A stretch of 64,000 nucleotides of DNA from an uncultured Christensenella sp. (GCA_949298505.1 CASFWW010000020.1:15914-79913), one strand, 5' to 3'; counted from the first letter of the stretch, positions 37,348 to 46,306 are shown. The notes: generated from the letters alone by a model not told the origin. Made by a program: numbers and translations.

Positions 37348-39681
37348 TCAGCCGAAGATCTCTTTCAAAGCTTTGACGGTGGCGTTGGCGTCCTTGCAAT
37401 AGACGCCGCCGATGCTGTTTGCATATTCAGGCGTTATCACCGCTCCGCCTACCAGCACCGGAACGTCGGGATATTTTTCTCTGACGATCCTGATCGTTTC
37501 AGCCATATTCTGCGCGGTGGTCGTCATCAGCGCGGAAAGACCGAGAACGCACGGATAGTTGCTCTCCACTGCGTCAAGAACGACCTTGTAGTCCACGTCT
37601 CTGCCGAGGTCCACGACCTTGTAGCCGTAGTTGGACACGACCGCCTTGACTATGTTCTTGCCTATGTCGTGAATGTCGCCCTTGACCGTTGCCAGCACGA
37701 AACGTCTGTCGCTCTGCGTCGTCTCGCCGCCTTTCATCTTTTCCTCGAGCGCGGAGAACGCCTGCTTTGCGCTTTCTGCCGCCGCTATCAGTTGGGGCAG
37801 GAAGATCACTCCCCTCTCGTACAGGTCGCCGACCACGTCGAGCGCGGGGATTATATGTTTTGCCGCTACTTCGAGAGGCGGCATTTCTTCAAGAAGCCTT
37901 TGAGCGGTCTCTCTCGCCGCGCCGCCCATGCCGCCTACGATGGCGCGGGTCATATCCGGCGCGCCGCTCTCTTTGAAATCAGGAGTTTTTATTTGCGAAG
38001 TCTTCGCGGCGTAAGCGATATATGCGTCTGTTGCGCCCTCTTTGCCGAGAAGGAAATCGCGCGCATAGCCTCTGCCTTCAATCCTGGTCAGAGACGGGTT
38101 GATGATGGCAAGGTCAAGCCCGGCGTCCTTTGCCATGCTTAAGAAAGTCGCGTTTATCTCCTCTCTCAAAGGCATGCCGAAAGACACGTTGCTGACCCCG
38201 AGAATGGTGCCTGCGCCAGTCTTTTTTATCTCTCCGAGCGCTCCCACGGTGCAAAGCGCGCTTCCCTTTTCAGCAGATTCAGCCATAGTCAGCGTGTCAA
38301 CGTAGACGTCTTCTTTCGCTATCCCGGCTTTAAGACATTGCGAAACCAGCGTTTTTCCGATCTCCACTCTGCCGTCGACCGTGGAAGGGATCCCGTTTTC
38401 GTCCAGCGCAAGACATACCACTGCCGCGCCGTATTTCACTGCAAGCGGAAGAACGGATTCCACGCTGCTTTTCTTGCCGTTCACGCTGTTGATCAGCGCC
38501 TTGCCGTTGTAACGTCTCAGCGCCGCTTCAAGCACTTCCGGGGACGAGCTGTCTATGACGAGCGGACGGGAAACAACTTTTTGCAGCCCTTCTACGACCC
38601 TGATCATATTTGCCTTTTCGTCGGTGCCATTCAGCCCCACGTTGACGTCAAGAATATCTGCGCCCGCCTGAGACTGTTCTATGCCCTGAGCCAGGATGTA
38701 ATCGAAATTCCCCTCTCTAAGCGCCGCCTGGAACTTCTTTTTGCCGGTCGGGTTTATCCGCTCTCCGACAACTTTCATGCCGTTTATTATCACGGTGGAA
38801 GTGGAGGAACTGAGCGCGCGCACAGGCTTGTAAGGCTGCCTTGCGACCTTGCCGGTCGTCTCTTTTGCGAGCAGTCCGACGTATTCTGGATCAGTGCCGC
38901 AGCAACCGCCGAGAATGTTCACGCCGAGCGCGTGGATTTTGTTCATCGCGTCGACGAACTGTCTTTTGTCTATGTCGTAGACCGTCCTGCCGTTCTCGAA
39001 CCTGGGCATGCCGGCGTTGGGTTTTATGAACACGGGAAGAGGCGTGCACGCAAGAAGCTTCTCAGCCATCGGGAGCATCTCTACCGGACCGAGCGAACAG
39101 TTGATCCCCACCGCGCTTACGCCCATGCCGGAAATTATGCGCGCAAAACTTTCAACGTCCGTGCCGAACGCGCTCCTGCCGTTCTTTTCAAATGACATGG
39201 ACAGCATTACCGGAAGAGAGCTGTTTTCTTTCGCCGCGAGCAAGGCTATGCGCGCGTCCGCGATATCCGTCATCGTCTCGATCACGATCAGATCCGTCTC
39301 GTCCGCCGCTGCGCGTATCACAGCCGCGTAATTTTCGTACGCCTCGTCAAAACTTATGCCGCCTTCTCCGATCAGCTTGCCGAGCGGACCCACGTCAAGC
39401 GCCACGTACGCTCTGCCCGCCGCCGCCTTTTTCGCGATCGCGACCGCCGCTTTCACGACAGCCTGCGTTTCTCCGCCCAGTTTGAGCGGGTTAGCGCCGA
39501 ACGTGTTAGTATATATGACGTCGCTTCCCGCTTCCACGTAATCACGGTGCACGGAAAAGACCGTGTCCGGATCTTCCAGGTTGAGTCTCTCCAGCCGGTA
39601 TCCCGCCGGTGCGCCGCTTCTTTCCGAAAGCAGACTTCCCGTCGCTCCGTCAAGTATGAGTTTTCTTGAAAAATCAATCAC
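37348..39681 (-). CDS. metH: Methionine synthase, short form (Hcy-binding, pterin-binding and B12-binding domains; no activation domain)
   Basis: 777 aa. It has the Zn-site ILGGCCGTDPEYV and the B12-binding DxHxxG motif in KGDIHDIGKNIV. It ends after the cobalamin domain. Confidence 0.92.
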   Translation of the reverse strand: MIDFSRKLILDGATGSLLSERSGAPAGYRLERLNLEDPDTVFSVHRDYVEAGSDVIYTNTFGANPLKLGGETQAVVKAAVAIAKKAAAGRAYVALDVGPLGKLIGEGGISFDEAYENYAAVIRAAADETDLIVIETMTDIADARIALLAAKENSSLPVMLSMSFEKNGRSAFGTDVESFARIISGMGVSAVGINCSLGPVEMLPMAEKLLACTPLPVFIKPNAGMPRFENGRTVYDIDKRQFVDAMNKIHALGVNILGGCCGTDPEYVGLLAKETTGKVARQPYKPVRALSSSTSTVIINGMKVVGERINPTGKKKFQAALREGNFDYILAQGIEQSQAGADILDVNVGLNGTDEKANMIRVVEGLQKVVSRPLVIDSSSPEVLEAALRRYNGKALINSVNGKKSSVESVLPLAVKYGAAVVCLALDENGIPSTVDGRVEIGKTLVSQCLKAGIAKEDVYVDTLTMAESAEKGSALCTVGALGEIKKTGAGTILGVSNVSFGMPLREEINATFLSMAKDAGLDLAIINPSLTRIEGRGYARDFLLGKEGATDAYIAYAAKTSQIKTPDFKESGAPDMTRAIVGGMGGAARETAQRLLEEMPPLEVAAKHIIPALDVVGDLYERGVIFLPQLIAAAESAKQAFSALEEKMKGGETTQSDRRFVLATVKGDIHDIGKNIVKAVVSNYGYKVVDLGRDVDYKVVLDAVESNYPCVLGLSALMTTTAQNMAETIRIVREKYPDVPVLVGGAVITPEYANSIGGVYCKDANATVKALKEIFG

Positions 39682-40306
39682 TGCATATACCTCCGTCGCA
39701 ACAGCCGTATCTTGAGCAGGCTTCGCAACGCTTTTTCTGTTTTCCGCTTCTCCCTATCCCGGCGATCGCAGTGACCGTCTTTGACGGGATCATCATTCCG
39801 CCGGAAGTCAGACGCACTCCGAGGAACTTGTCCGCCTTCAGCGCCTCTATGAACTCAACCTGAAGCGCAAGCGGCAGATCTCCGTATCCGCAAGAAAAAC
39901 GGCTCGTCAACGACAGCCCTTTTTCTTCCACTCTCTTTCTCTGCGCGTTCTCAAGCTCGTCGCAATAAGCGTCCACCCACAGACCGGCGCACAGATCGAC
40001 CGCATAAGCCAGGGTCAGATCGCTCAGTTTGAGTCTTTCAACGGCTCTGTCCACGTCCGCGCCGATCGTAGCGCAGAAATAGTAAACGGCATCAGACCCT
40101 TCAAGCAGATCCGCAATGTCTCTGCCGGGCAGTTCAAGCATGGTATTTTCCACTCTGATGGTGCCGTTTTCTCTGATCAGCCGCGCGCTGGCTTCTACGC
40201 ATTTTTCCTGCGCGCAAGCCGCGACTTCCGCTATCGCGCGTTCAGCAAGCGCGAGCGCTTCGCCGCCGTTGCCGAGATATTTCGCAAGATCTTCTGCGGA
40301 TATCAC
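39674..40306 (-). CDS. Stand-alone methionine synthase activation (AdoMet-binding) domain protein
   Basis: 210 aa. It contains RFSCGYGDLPLALQ and MIPSKTVTAIAGIG. It overlaps metF (4 nt) and metH (8 nt). Confidence 0.8.
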   Translation of the reverse strand: MISAEDLAKYLGNGGEALALAERAIAEVAACAQEKCVEASARLIRENGTIRVENTMLELPGRDIADLLEGSDAVYYFCATIGADVDRAVERLKLSDLTLAYAVDLCAGLWVDAYCDELENAQRKRVEEKGLSLTSRFSCGYGDLPLALQVEFIEALKADKFLGVRLTSGGMMIPSKTVTAIAGIGRSGKQKKRCEACSRYGCCDGGICSD

Positions 40307-41157
40307 TTTCTGTCTCCTTCAAACGCGTTGAACACCGCGCGCGCCACGTCGCCCTTGTTCATCGTATACAGATGTATGCCCCTGACGCCGTTGTCGATCA
40401 GATCGCGTATCTGCCCTATCGCGTAATCTATCCCCGCTTTGTACAGATCCGCGCCCTGATAGTTCGCGCAGATCTTGGCAAACGCCGCCGGGATCTGAAC
40501 TCCGCACATTGAAACTATCCTTTCGACCTGCTGTACGCTGGTTATCGGCATGATGCCTGCCGAAACCGTCGCTTTGATTCCCTTTTTCTGCGCCTTTTCA
40601 GCAAAATCGTAAAAAGTCGCGTTGTCAAAGAAAAGCTGTGATACGAGATGAGACACGCCGCATTCCGTCTTGAGTTTTATCATGTCGAGATCTGCGTCCA
40701 GACTCTTCGCCTCGGGATGACCTTCAGGATAGCACGCGCCGAGAAGCTCGAACTGAGGATAATGTCCGCTTATGTATTCCGCAAGCTCATTGGCATGGTG
40801 AAAATCGTAAAACTTACTGCCTTCAACAATGTCTCCGCGCAAGGTCAGGATGCTCTTGACCCCCTTGCGGCTGAGCATCTGCAAGCGTTCTTCCAGAAGC
40901 TCAGTGGTCATGTTCACCGCAGTCATATGCGCGACCGCAGTCATATCGAACGCGTCGATGACAACGCTGGCGACGTCAGCCGTAGTCATTCCGCCGCTGC
41001 CGCTCGCGCCGTACGTGATGGACACGTAATCCGGGTTGAGAGACTTTATCTCCTTGAGCGCTCTTATAACGCCCTCAAGCATCCCGTTTTTCTTGGGCGG
41101 AAACACTTCAGCAGACATGACGAGTTTTTTGCTTTCGAAAAGTTCTCTTATATACAT
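40303..41157 (-). CDS. metF: Methylenetetrahydrofolate reductase
   Basis: 284 aa. It has the MTHFR-like N-terminus MSAEVFPPKK and contains ITYGASGS. Confidence 0.9.
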   Translation of the reverse strand: MYIRELFESKKLVMSAEVFPPKKNGMLEGVIRALKEIKSLNPDYVSITYGASGSGGMTTADVASVVIDAFDMTAVAHMTAVNMTTELLEERLQMLSRKGVKSILTLRGDIVEGSKFYDFHHANELAEYISGHYPQFELLGACYPEGHPEAKSLDADLDMIKLKTECGVSHLVSQLFFDNATFYDFAEKAQKKGIKATVSAGIMPITSVQQVERIVSMCGVQIPAAFAKICANYQGADLYKAGIDYAIGQIRDLIDNGVRGIHLYTMNKGDVARAVFNAFEGDRK

Positions 41158-41196
41158 AATTCTTTACCTCGCGTATCGCGCGTATATATTATTACT

Positions 41197-41225
41197 ATAA
41201 TAACACACATTTTGCCGATAATCAA
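41197..41225 (-). promoter_or_regulatory. Putative metF-operon promoter
   Basis: On the minus strand: TTGATT (41225-41220), 17 nt, then TATTAT (41202-41197), about 40 nt upstream of the metF ATG. Confidence 0.45.
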
Positions 41226-41280
41226 TGAGAAATCCGCAGTACGGCAACAGGACAAACTTTGCTTTCCCCGTGGGTTTCAC

Positions 41281-41636
41281 TACGCGCCGGCGACCACTGC
41301 TCCCGCAGTATCGGATAAACTCCGTCAAACCAAATAAGTAACAATACGCGAAGCGACCAATGCTCTGGTCACTATCGGATAAACGCTTGACTAGTGAAGT
41401 AAGTAACAACACGCGCCAGCTACTACTGCTCCCGCCTATATCGGATAAACGCTTGTCTGGTGGAGTAAGTAACAACACGCGCCGGCGACCATTGCTCGGG
41501 TCACTATCGGATAAACGCTTGTCTGGTGGAGTAAGTAACAACACGCGCCGGCGACCATTGCTCGGGTCACTATCGGATAAATGCTTGTCTGGTGAAGTAA
41601 GTAACAACACGCGCCAGCTACTACTGCTCCCGCCAC
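41281..41636. repeat. Tandem repeat, 66-bp unit, about 5.4 copies
   Basis: TATCGGATAAAC recurs at 41309, 41373, 41439, 41505 and 41571. Units 3 and 4 are identical. There are two alternating tail variants: ..GCCAGCTACTACTGCTCCCGCC, and ..GCCGGCGACCATTGCTCGGGTCAC. Confidence 0.95.
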
Positions 41637-41647
41637 GCGGGTGACTA

Positions 41648-41676
41648 AGGGGCAACCGAAAAACTCGGTTGCCCCT
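41648..41676. terminator. 12-bp perfect hairpin downstream of the 41768 gene (terminator-like, no clear U-tract)
   Basis: AGGGGCAACCGA-AAAAC-TCGGTTGCCCCT. Confidence 0.4.
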
Positions 41677-41767
41677 CAGCCAGTTGTGTGTAGATTTGGG
41701 ATTTGGTTACCCTATTAAATAGGCTTATATGGAATTATGCTGTGGGATTTCTCCCGGATAAGTCTTG

Positions 41768-43240
41768 TTATTCTGCGTCGGCGCCGTTGCCGTGCTGATA
41801 CTTCCACTCGAACCTGCCCTGCTTAGCCTGAGCGAGAAATTCCTCTGCGTCCTTCTTCGCGCTTTCGACCGCGGTATTGTATATGGTCTGAGCGGAAGAG
41901 ATAATATCGTTGGAAGCCTGCACGTAGGTCTTTGCTTCTTCAAGTTCGTCAGCGGTCAGATCTGCTTCGATCTTCTGCATCGTCTCGTCGCGCTTGCCTT
42001 CAAGGTAGGTCACCACGGTTCTTACGTCGTCTATCGTCAGGTCTCCGAGGCTGTCCACGAACTCGAACACGTCGCTGCCGAGATTTTCAACGTCCGCAAG
42101 GATTTTTCTGATCTGGGTCGCATACTCTTCGGGGAGCGAATTTATATACTCGTCCACTTCAGCCTGGAAGCCGTTGATATAGGTCTCCAGTTCAGGCAGT
42201 TCAGCCTTGATCTGATTGTAAGCTTCTACGCTCATGTTCTTCAGCGTTCTGTCGATATACGCTTCGAGACTTTCGAGAGTGATATTGCCGTTCTCGTCGG
42301 TCACTGCCGCGTCGACTTCGCTCTTTTCGACTCCGAGGATATCCGCTATTTTCTGAGTATCTACGTTGGAGAGAGCTTTGTCTGCGTATTCCATCGTGAG
42401 TTCGATAACGTCGAGAGTGTAGTCGACGGACACCGCCGCTATATCGTACGCCGCATAGATCGCGCCGTAGTTTACAGGATGTTTGAGTATGTGAGCGACG
42501 TAGTACGCAGTCCATGCCGCGCCTTCTGCGGTCGTCTTTGCTATCTCGAAAGCTTCGTTCGCCTGAGCTACCGCGAGGTTGTACGCCTCTGTTGCGTACG
42601 GCTCGATCTTTTCGTAGCAGTTATTCAGCTTTTCAATAAGATCCTCGTTGTCGAGGGTCGCCGCATACTCGAAGGTAACGCCGTCGTCGTTCGCGACCAG
42701 TTCGGTCACCAGCTTGAATTTGCCTACGCTCATGTTCTGGATCGCGCTGACGTTGGGGTATTTTCCCTTAATGTATTCAAACTGTCTCTGCAACGAAAAA
42801 CTTGCGCCCGTGTTGATATTTACGTTAAGATCCGCCTTTCCCGCTTCCGCGTTGAACGCAGCTTTTACAGTTTCGCCGATATTGGCTTCAGCCTCGGCAG
42901 AGCCGTTTCCCGCAACTACCGTAACGTTGACGCCGCTGTTCTCTTCAGTGAGATATCCGCATTCGACCGCGAGATTGGCGATCAGCCGGAAAGCTTCTTC
43001 CGCCGTCTTGCCCACGACCACTTCGCCGTAAAGCATGACTTGCGCGTCCTCGTTTGCCGCCTCTACCGATTCAACCTTGCCTTCCCCGTCAATAACCATA
43101 TTGAGAGAAGGATTGATATCCACGCTTACAAACGTTTTGCCGTCCTCTTTGCCGTTCGTATTTACGCACCCGACAAACGCCGTGCACGTAAGCGCCGCTA
43201 CAAGAACCACTGCCAGTATCGCGCATATTTTCTTCATCAT
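41768..43240 (-). CDS. Lipoprotein paralogous to the anti-sigma ectodomain
   Basis: The signal is MMKKICAILAVVLVAALTCTAFVGC. The segment FVSVDINPSLNMVIDGEGKVESVEAANEDAQVML..GYL..VNVTVVAG parallels YLRMDINPSVEIVYDSNNKVTVVKSANSDADVLL..GYI..LKITVVAG of the 44378..45781 protein. The remainder is helical. Confidence 0.8.
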   Translation of the reverse strand: MMKKICAILAVVLVAALTCTAFVGCVNTNGKEDGKTFVSVDINPSLNMVIDGEGKVESVEAANEDAQVMLYGEVVVGKTAEEAFRLIANLAVECGYLTEENSGVNVTVVAGNGSAEAEANIGETVKAAFNAEAGKADLNVNINTGASFSLQRQFEYIKGKYPNVSAIQNMSVGKFKLVTELVANDDGVTFEYAATLDNEDLIEKLNNCYEKIEPYATEAYNLAVAQANEAFEIAKTTAEGAAWTAYYVAHILKHPVNYGAIYAAYDIAAVSVDYTLDVIELTMEYADKALSNVDTQKIADILGVEKSEVDAAVTDENGNITLESLEAYIDRTLKNMSVEAYNQIKAELPELETYINGFQAEVDEYINSLPEEYATQIRKILADVENLGSDVFEFVDSLGDLTIDDVRTVVTYLEGKRDETMQKIEADLTADELEEAKTYVQASNDIISSAQTIYNTAVESAKKDAEEFLAQAKQGRFEWKYQHGNGADAE

Positions 43241-43393
43241 CGTACCCTCCTTGGGATTTCGTTCGTATATTAAACAACGGCATATCGGATTTTATTGGAT
43301 AAAAAAACAAAAAAATAATAAAATTTTAAACGCGCTTTTTACAATATAAAAAACGCGTCTGCGCAAAACGGATATTTTCAAATATAGATATTG

Positions 43394-43612
43394 AAAGTCG
43401 GCTTCTGCCCGCGTTTTTCTTTGCGTACATCACAAAAACAAAAAGTCGGGGACGTAAGGAAAAACACGGAAAGCAAAAGAATGTATTTTTTTGTGCAGAC
43501 GCGACGAAAGGCGCAGGCAATACTCTTGCGGTATTGTCAAGTCTTTCAACAAAGTCTGCGCGGAAAAAGTCGACTTTTGCCCGTGTTTTTCTTTGCGTAC
43601 ACGACAAAAAAA
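43394..43612. repeat. Intergenic repeats: two ~46-bp copies (R1) bracketing a diverged copy of the 138-bp unit
   Basis: R1 is AAAGTCGGCTTCTGCCCGCGTTTTTCTTTGCGTACATCACAAAAA (43394-) and AAAGTCGACTTTTGCCCGTGTTTTTCTTTGCGTACACGACAAAAA (43566-). Between them, 43445-43565 aligns by eye with the 44017 unit. Confidence 0.85.
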
Positions 43613-43840
43613 CTAATACTCTGTTTGTTGCGGATCAAAAAGCGGAGAATCGAAAAACTCTTTAAGGCTTATCCCAAGCCCGTCGCAAATTGCGGAAACG
43701 GTGGATAGTTTTACGGTGCAAGCCGATTTCATCATCGTAAGCAAAGACCTGTTCAGCGCACTTTTTTCAGCAAGGCGGGTTATACCGTATTCTTTGCACA
43801 ACTCGTCTATTCTCGCATTTACCGCTTCAATAAGTAGCAT
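43613..43840 (-). CDS. XRE-family HTH regulator (75 aa)
   Basis: The HTH is ITRLAEKSALNRSLLTMMK, and LSTVSAICDGLGISLKEFF is also present. Confidence 0.7.
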   Translation of the reverse strand: MLLIEAVNARIDELCKEYGITRLAEKSALNRSLLTMMKSACTVKLSTVSAICDGLGISLKEFFDSPLFDPQQTEY

Positions 43841-44016
43841 ACATTCCCCCGTCGATGTTTAACTGCTTTAATGATACAACATTCGACCTTCTTTTACAAG
43901 CTCGAATTTCCACCTTTTGCAGCTTAATATAAAGCCAAAAATCCGTCGAGGAAGGAAAGAAAGTTGAACAAACATTAAATTATTATCCGTAATTATTTCC
44001 CCGCAAGAAAAAGAAA

Positions 44017-44320
44017 ATTGTCGGGGCGGGGTGGAGAAATTTTGAAAGCAAAACTGAAGATTTTTTTGTCTGTACAAGGCGATTGCCGCGGACAATCACT
44101 TAGCGGTATTGTCAAGGCAATTAACGCCGTACAATCGAAAAAACACAAAAAAAGATTGTCGGGGCGGGGTGGAGAAATTTTGAAAGCAAAACTGAAGATT
44201 TTTTTGTCTGTACAAGGCGATTGCCGCAGCTAATACTCTTGCGGTATTAGCAAGGCGGTCAACGCCATACAGGCGGAAAAAGAACTGTTTTGTCAAAATT
44301 TCTCCTCCCCGACCCGACAG
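44017..44320. repeat. Two direct 138-bp repeats plus an inverted partial copy
   Basis: ATTGTCGGGGCGGGGTGGAGAAATTTTGAAAGCAAAACTGAAGATTTTTTTGTCTGTACAAGGCGATTGCCGC.. starts at 44017 and 44155. The reverse complement of 44293-44320 is CTGTCGGGTCGGGGAGGAGAAATTTTGA. Confidence 0.9.
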
Positions 44321-44377
44321 AAAAAAGATAAGGGGGATATTTATGTTGTGCCTCACGGCACGCGAAAATGTCTGTAT

Positions 44378-45781
44378 TTACTGACGACTGTTCCAGTAGG
44401 CTTCGAGCGAACCGTACTCATTGACAATGGCGAGATAGAAGTCGTCGTAATCTTCTCTCGAATATTCTTCCCTGCCTTCAGAATAATATTCATAGTAGAT
44501 ATCGGAAAGTTCTGCGCGCATGCCGTTGATCACGTTTTCTGTTCCGTCAAGGAAGTCTTCTACCGTGGAAGGTACGAACGTAACGGCATCTCTTATTGCC
44601 GAGGTGATCTGAACGTTGAGGCTTTCAAGCGCGTTCACGATATCGTCCAGCTTACCTTTGAGTTCGTCCAGCGTAGCGTTGCCCAGTCCGCTTATCCACT
44701 CTTCGTTTATGAACCAGTCGTACGCTACGATAAGCGCGGTCAGATCTGCAGAATTGTCTACTTTGTCTTCTCTTATCGCCTCGATCTTGTCGAGCACGAC
44801 CGTCATTTCGTTTATCATTTCGGTAAGTTCCGCGTCGTCTTTCCAGTCGTCCGAGAAAATCACCTCCCAGTAATCCTCTCCGAACCAAGCGGTAGAACCA
44901 GTATACTCTTTTATCCTGTCATTGATATCCGAAGCATTATGCAGAAGCTCTCTGGTCTTCTTTATATTGTTGCACTCCGCTTCGAGAAGGTCTTTGAGGT
45001 ATTCGAAAACTTCTTTTTCGTAGTACTGTCTGAGCGCTTCGAGACCGTTCTGGTTTTTCTCCGCAAGCTGCTGGAAGTAATTGTCTGCTTTTTCGGCAAC
45101 GCCGTTCACCGCCTGCTTAAGGTCTCCCGAAACCGTGCCGTACTGCTCTGCGAGCCAGTCCGCGTTTTCCCTGACCACCAGCACCGCGACGAAAATGCCC
45201 CTTTCCATAAAGGTGTTTTCTATGGCAGCCGTCGCCTTAGAAGCGACTTCTTCGCTCTGTTTATCGGTACCCGCGACTACGGTTATTTTAAGCGCGTCCT
45301 GCTCTTCGGGTTCTATATAACCCAGTTTTCCCGCTTCGTCCGCAATTGTTGCAGCCGCCTGATCTACGGGCATACCTTTGAGCTGCGCTCTTAATTCGTC
45401 CGAAAGAAGAACGTCTGCGTCCGAATTTGCGCTCTTGACGACAGTTACTTTATTATTGCTGTCGTAAACTATCTCTACGGAAGGATTTATGTCCATTCTC
45501 AGATAGCCCGCAGAATAAGTCGGCGTCACGTCTTCTCCGCCGCCGAAAACGCCCGGGATGATGACAGCGAGCGCTATCGCTATCACGAGGACAGCGGCGA
45601 CCGCGCCGTAAATATAAGGTCTTATGTTCCTCTTTACCGGTCTTACGTCTATCTTATGAGCGCTCTTTTCTCTCTTTTCCTCTGTTTTGAGAACGGGCGC
45701 CTTTCTTACCTTCTCAGACATGGAGGGCGTCATAGCGTCGAGTTCTTTTTCAAGCAGTTTTTTCAGTTCTTTCTCGTCCAT
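44378..45781 (-). CDS. Anti-sigma factor (single-pass membrane protein with large extracytoplasmic domain)
   Basis: It starts 3 nt after the sigma-factor stop. It has a cytoplasmic N-terminus, a TM (IYGAVAAVLVIAIALAVIIPGVF), and then a ~380-aa outer domain. Confidence 0.7.
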   Translation of the reverse strand: MDEKELKKLLEKELDAMTPSMSEKVRKAPVLKTEEKREKSAHKIDVRPVKRNIRPYIYGAVAAVLVIAIALAVIIPGVFGGGEDVTPTYSAGYLRMDINPSVEIVYDSNNKVTVVKSANSDADVLLSDELRAQLKGMPVDQAAATIADEAGKLGYIEPEEQDALKITVVAGTDKQSEEVASKATAAIENTFMERGIFVAVLVVRENADWLAEQYGTVSGDLKQAVNGVAEKADNYFQQLAEKNQNGLEALRQYYEKEVFEYLKDLLEAECNNIKKTRELLHNASDINDRIKEYTGSTAWFGEDYWEVIFSDDWKDDAELTEMINEMTVVLDKIEAIREDKVDNSADLTALIVAYDWFINEEWISGLGNATLDELKGKLDDIVNALESLNVQITSAIRDAVTFVPSTVEDFLDGTENVINGMRAELSDIYYEYYSEGREEYSREDYDDFYLAIVNEYGSLEAYWNSRQ

Positions 45782-45784
45782 TTC

Positions 45785-46306
45785 TCAGCCCTCCTTTAAT
45801 TTGTTCTGCAATTTCTTGATTGCGGTATTGTATTTCCAAAGAACGGTACCCAGAGCAAGCGACAGCATATCCGCGATCTCACGGTGCTTAAAGCCCCACA
45901 GTACGTGCAAAATCACTATCTGTCTCTCTTTGTCGTCAAGAACGGTGTTTATCGCCTCGAAAACGGGAGAATCGTTCATTTCGTAAGACTGCGCCTGCGA
46001 TCCTGCCGTCCTGTCGTCGGAAGTCACCACTTCTCTCCCGAGTTTTTTTATCTCGTTGAGCGCCGTGTACTTCGCGATCTGGAACAGCCAGGCTCTCGCG
46101 TCCGTTCCCGGTTTATATTTACTTATGTTTGTCTTGACTTTCAGATAGACCGTCTGGGTCAGATCTTCCGCAGTATGATAGTTGTTGCAGAAACCGTAAA
46201 GAAAAGCGAAAATTCCTTTTACGGTCCCGTTGTACAGCCTTTCAAACGCGGACTCGTCTCCTTTGGCAACTTCCTGCAAGCACAAGTCCAGCTCTCTTTT
46301 GTCCAA
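45785..46306 (-). CDS. ECF-type sigma-70 family sigma factor
   Basis: 173 aa. Region 2 is AFERLYN..AEDLTQTVYLKV..ARAWLFQIAKYTALNEIKK. Region 4 is ERQIVILHVLWGFKHREIADMLSLALGTVLWKYNTAIKKL. Confidence 0.85.
   Translation of the reverse strand: MDKRELDLCLQEVAKGDESAFERLYNGTVKGIFAFLYGFCNNYHTAEDLTQTVYLKVKTNISKYKPGTDARAWLFQIAKYTALNEIKKLGREVVTSDDRTAGSQAQSYEMNDSPVFEAINTVLDDKERQIVILHVLWGFKHREIADMLSLALGTVLWKYNTAIKKLQNKLKEG

Noticed and set aside
37234-39195. Plus-strand ORFs 37234..38142 and 38338..39195 opposite metH
   Set aside because: They are antisense shadows of metH, whose conserved Zn-site and DxHxxG motifs lie in the minus frame.
41309-41582. GTTTATCCGATA (minus strand) in each 66-bp unit as DnaA boxes or an origin
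   Set aside because: It matches the TTATCCACA consensus at only 6 of 9 positions. There is no dnaA/dnaN context and no AT-rich unwinding element adjacent.
41281-41636. Possibility that this array, or those at 43394-44320, 56019-56439 or 60478-60990, is a CRISPR array
   Set aside because: The units are contiguous or separated by repeated sequence, with no unique spacers of regular length. The unit sizes (66-190 bp) do not fit CRISPR, and no cas genes are present in the window.
41164-41655. Repeat-peptide ORFs (163 aa minus; 94 aa plus; 66 aa minus) across the 66-bp array
   Set aside because: Three frames are open simply because the 66-bp unit lacks stops. There is no RBS at any start, and the minus ORF runs through the metF promoter. 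It is treated as non-coding, but flagged for a proteomics check.
43868-44356. ORFs 43868..44095, 44018..44233 and 44096..44356 within the 138-bp repeats
   Set aside because: They are mutually overlapping on both strands, are repeat-derived, and have no RBS.
41765-45394. Plus-strand ORFs 41765..43273 and 44348..45394
   Set aside because: They are antisense to the lipoprotein and anti-sigma genes, which carry signal or TM features and proper RBSs.
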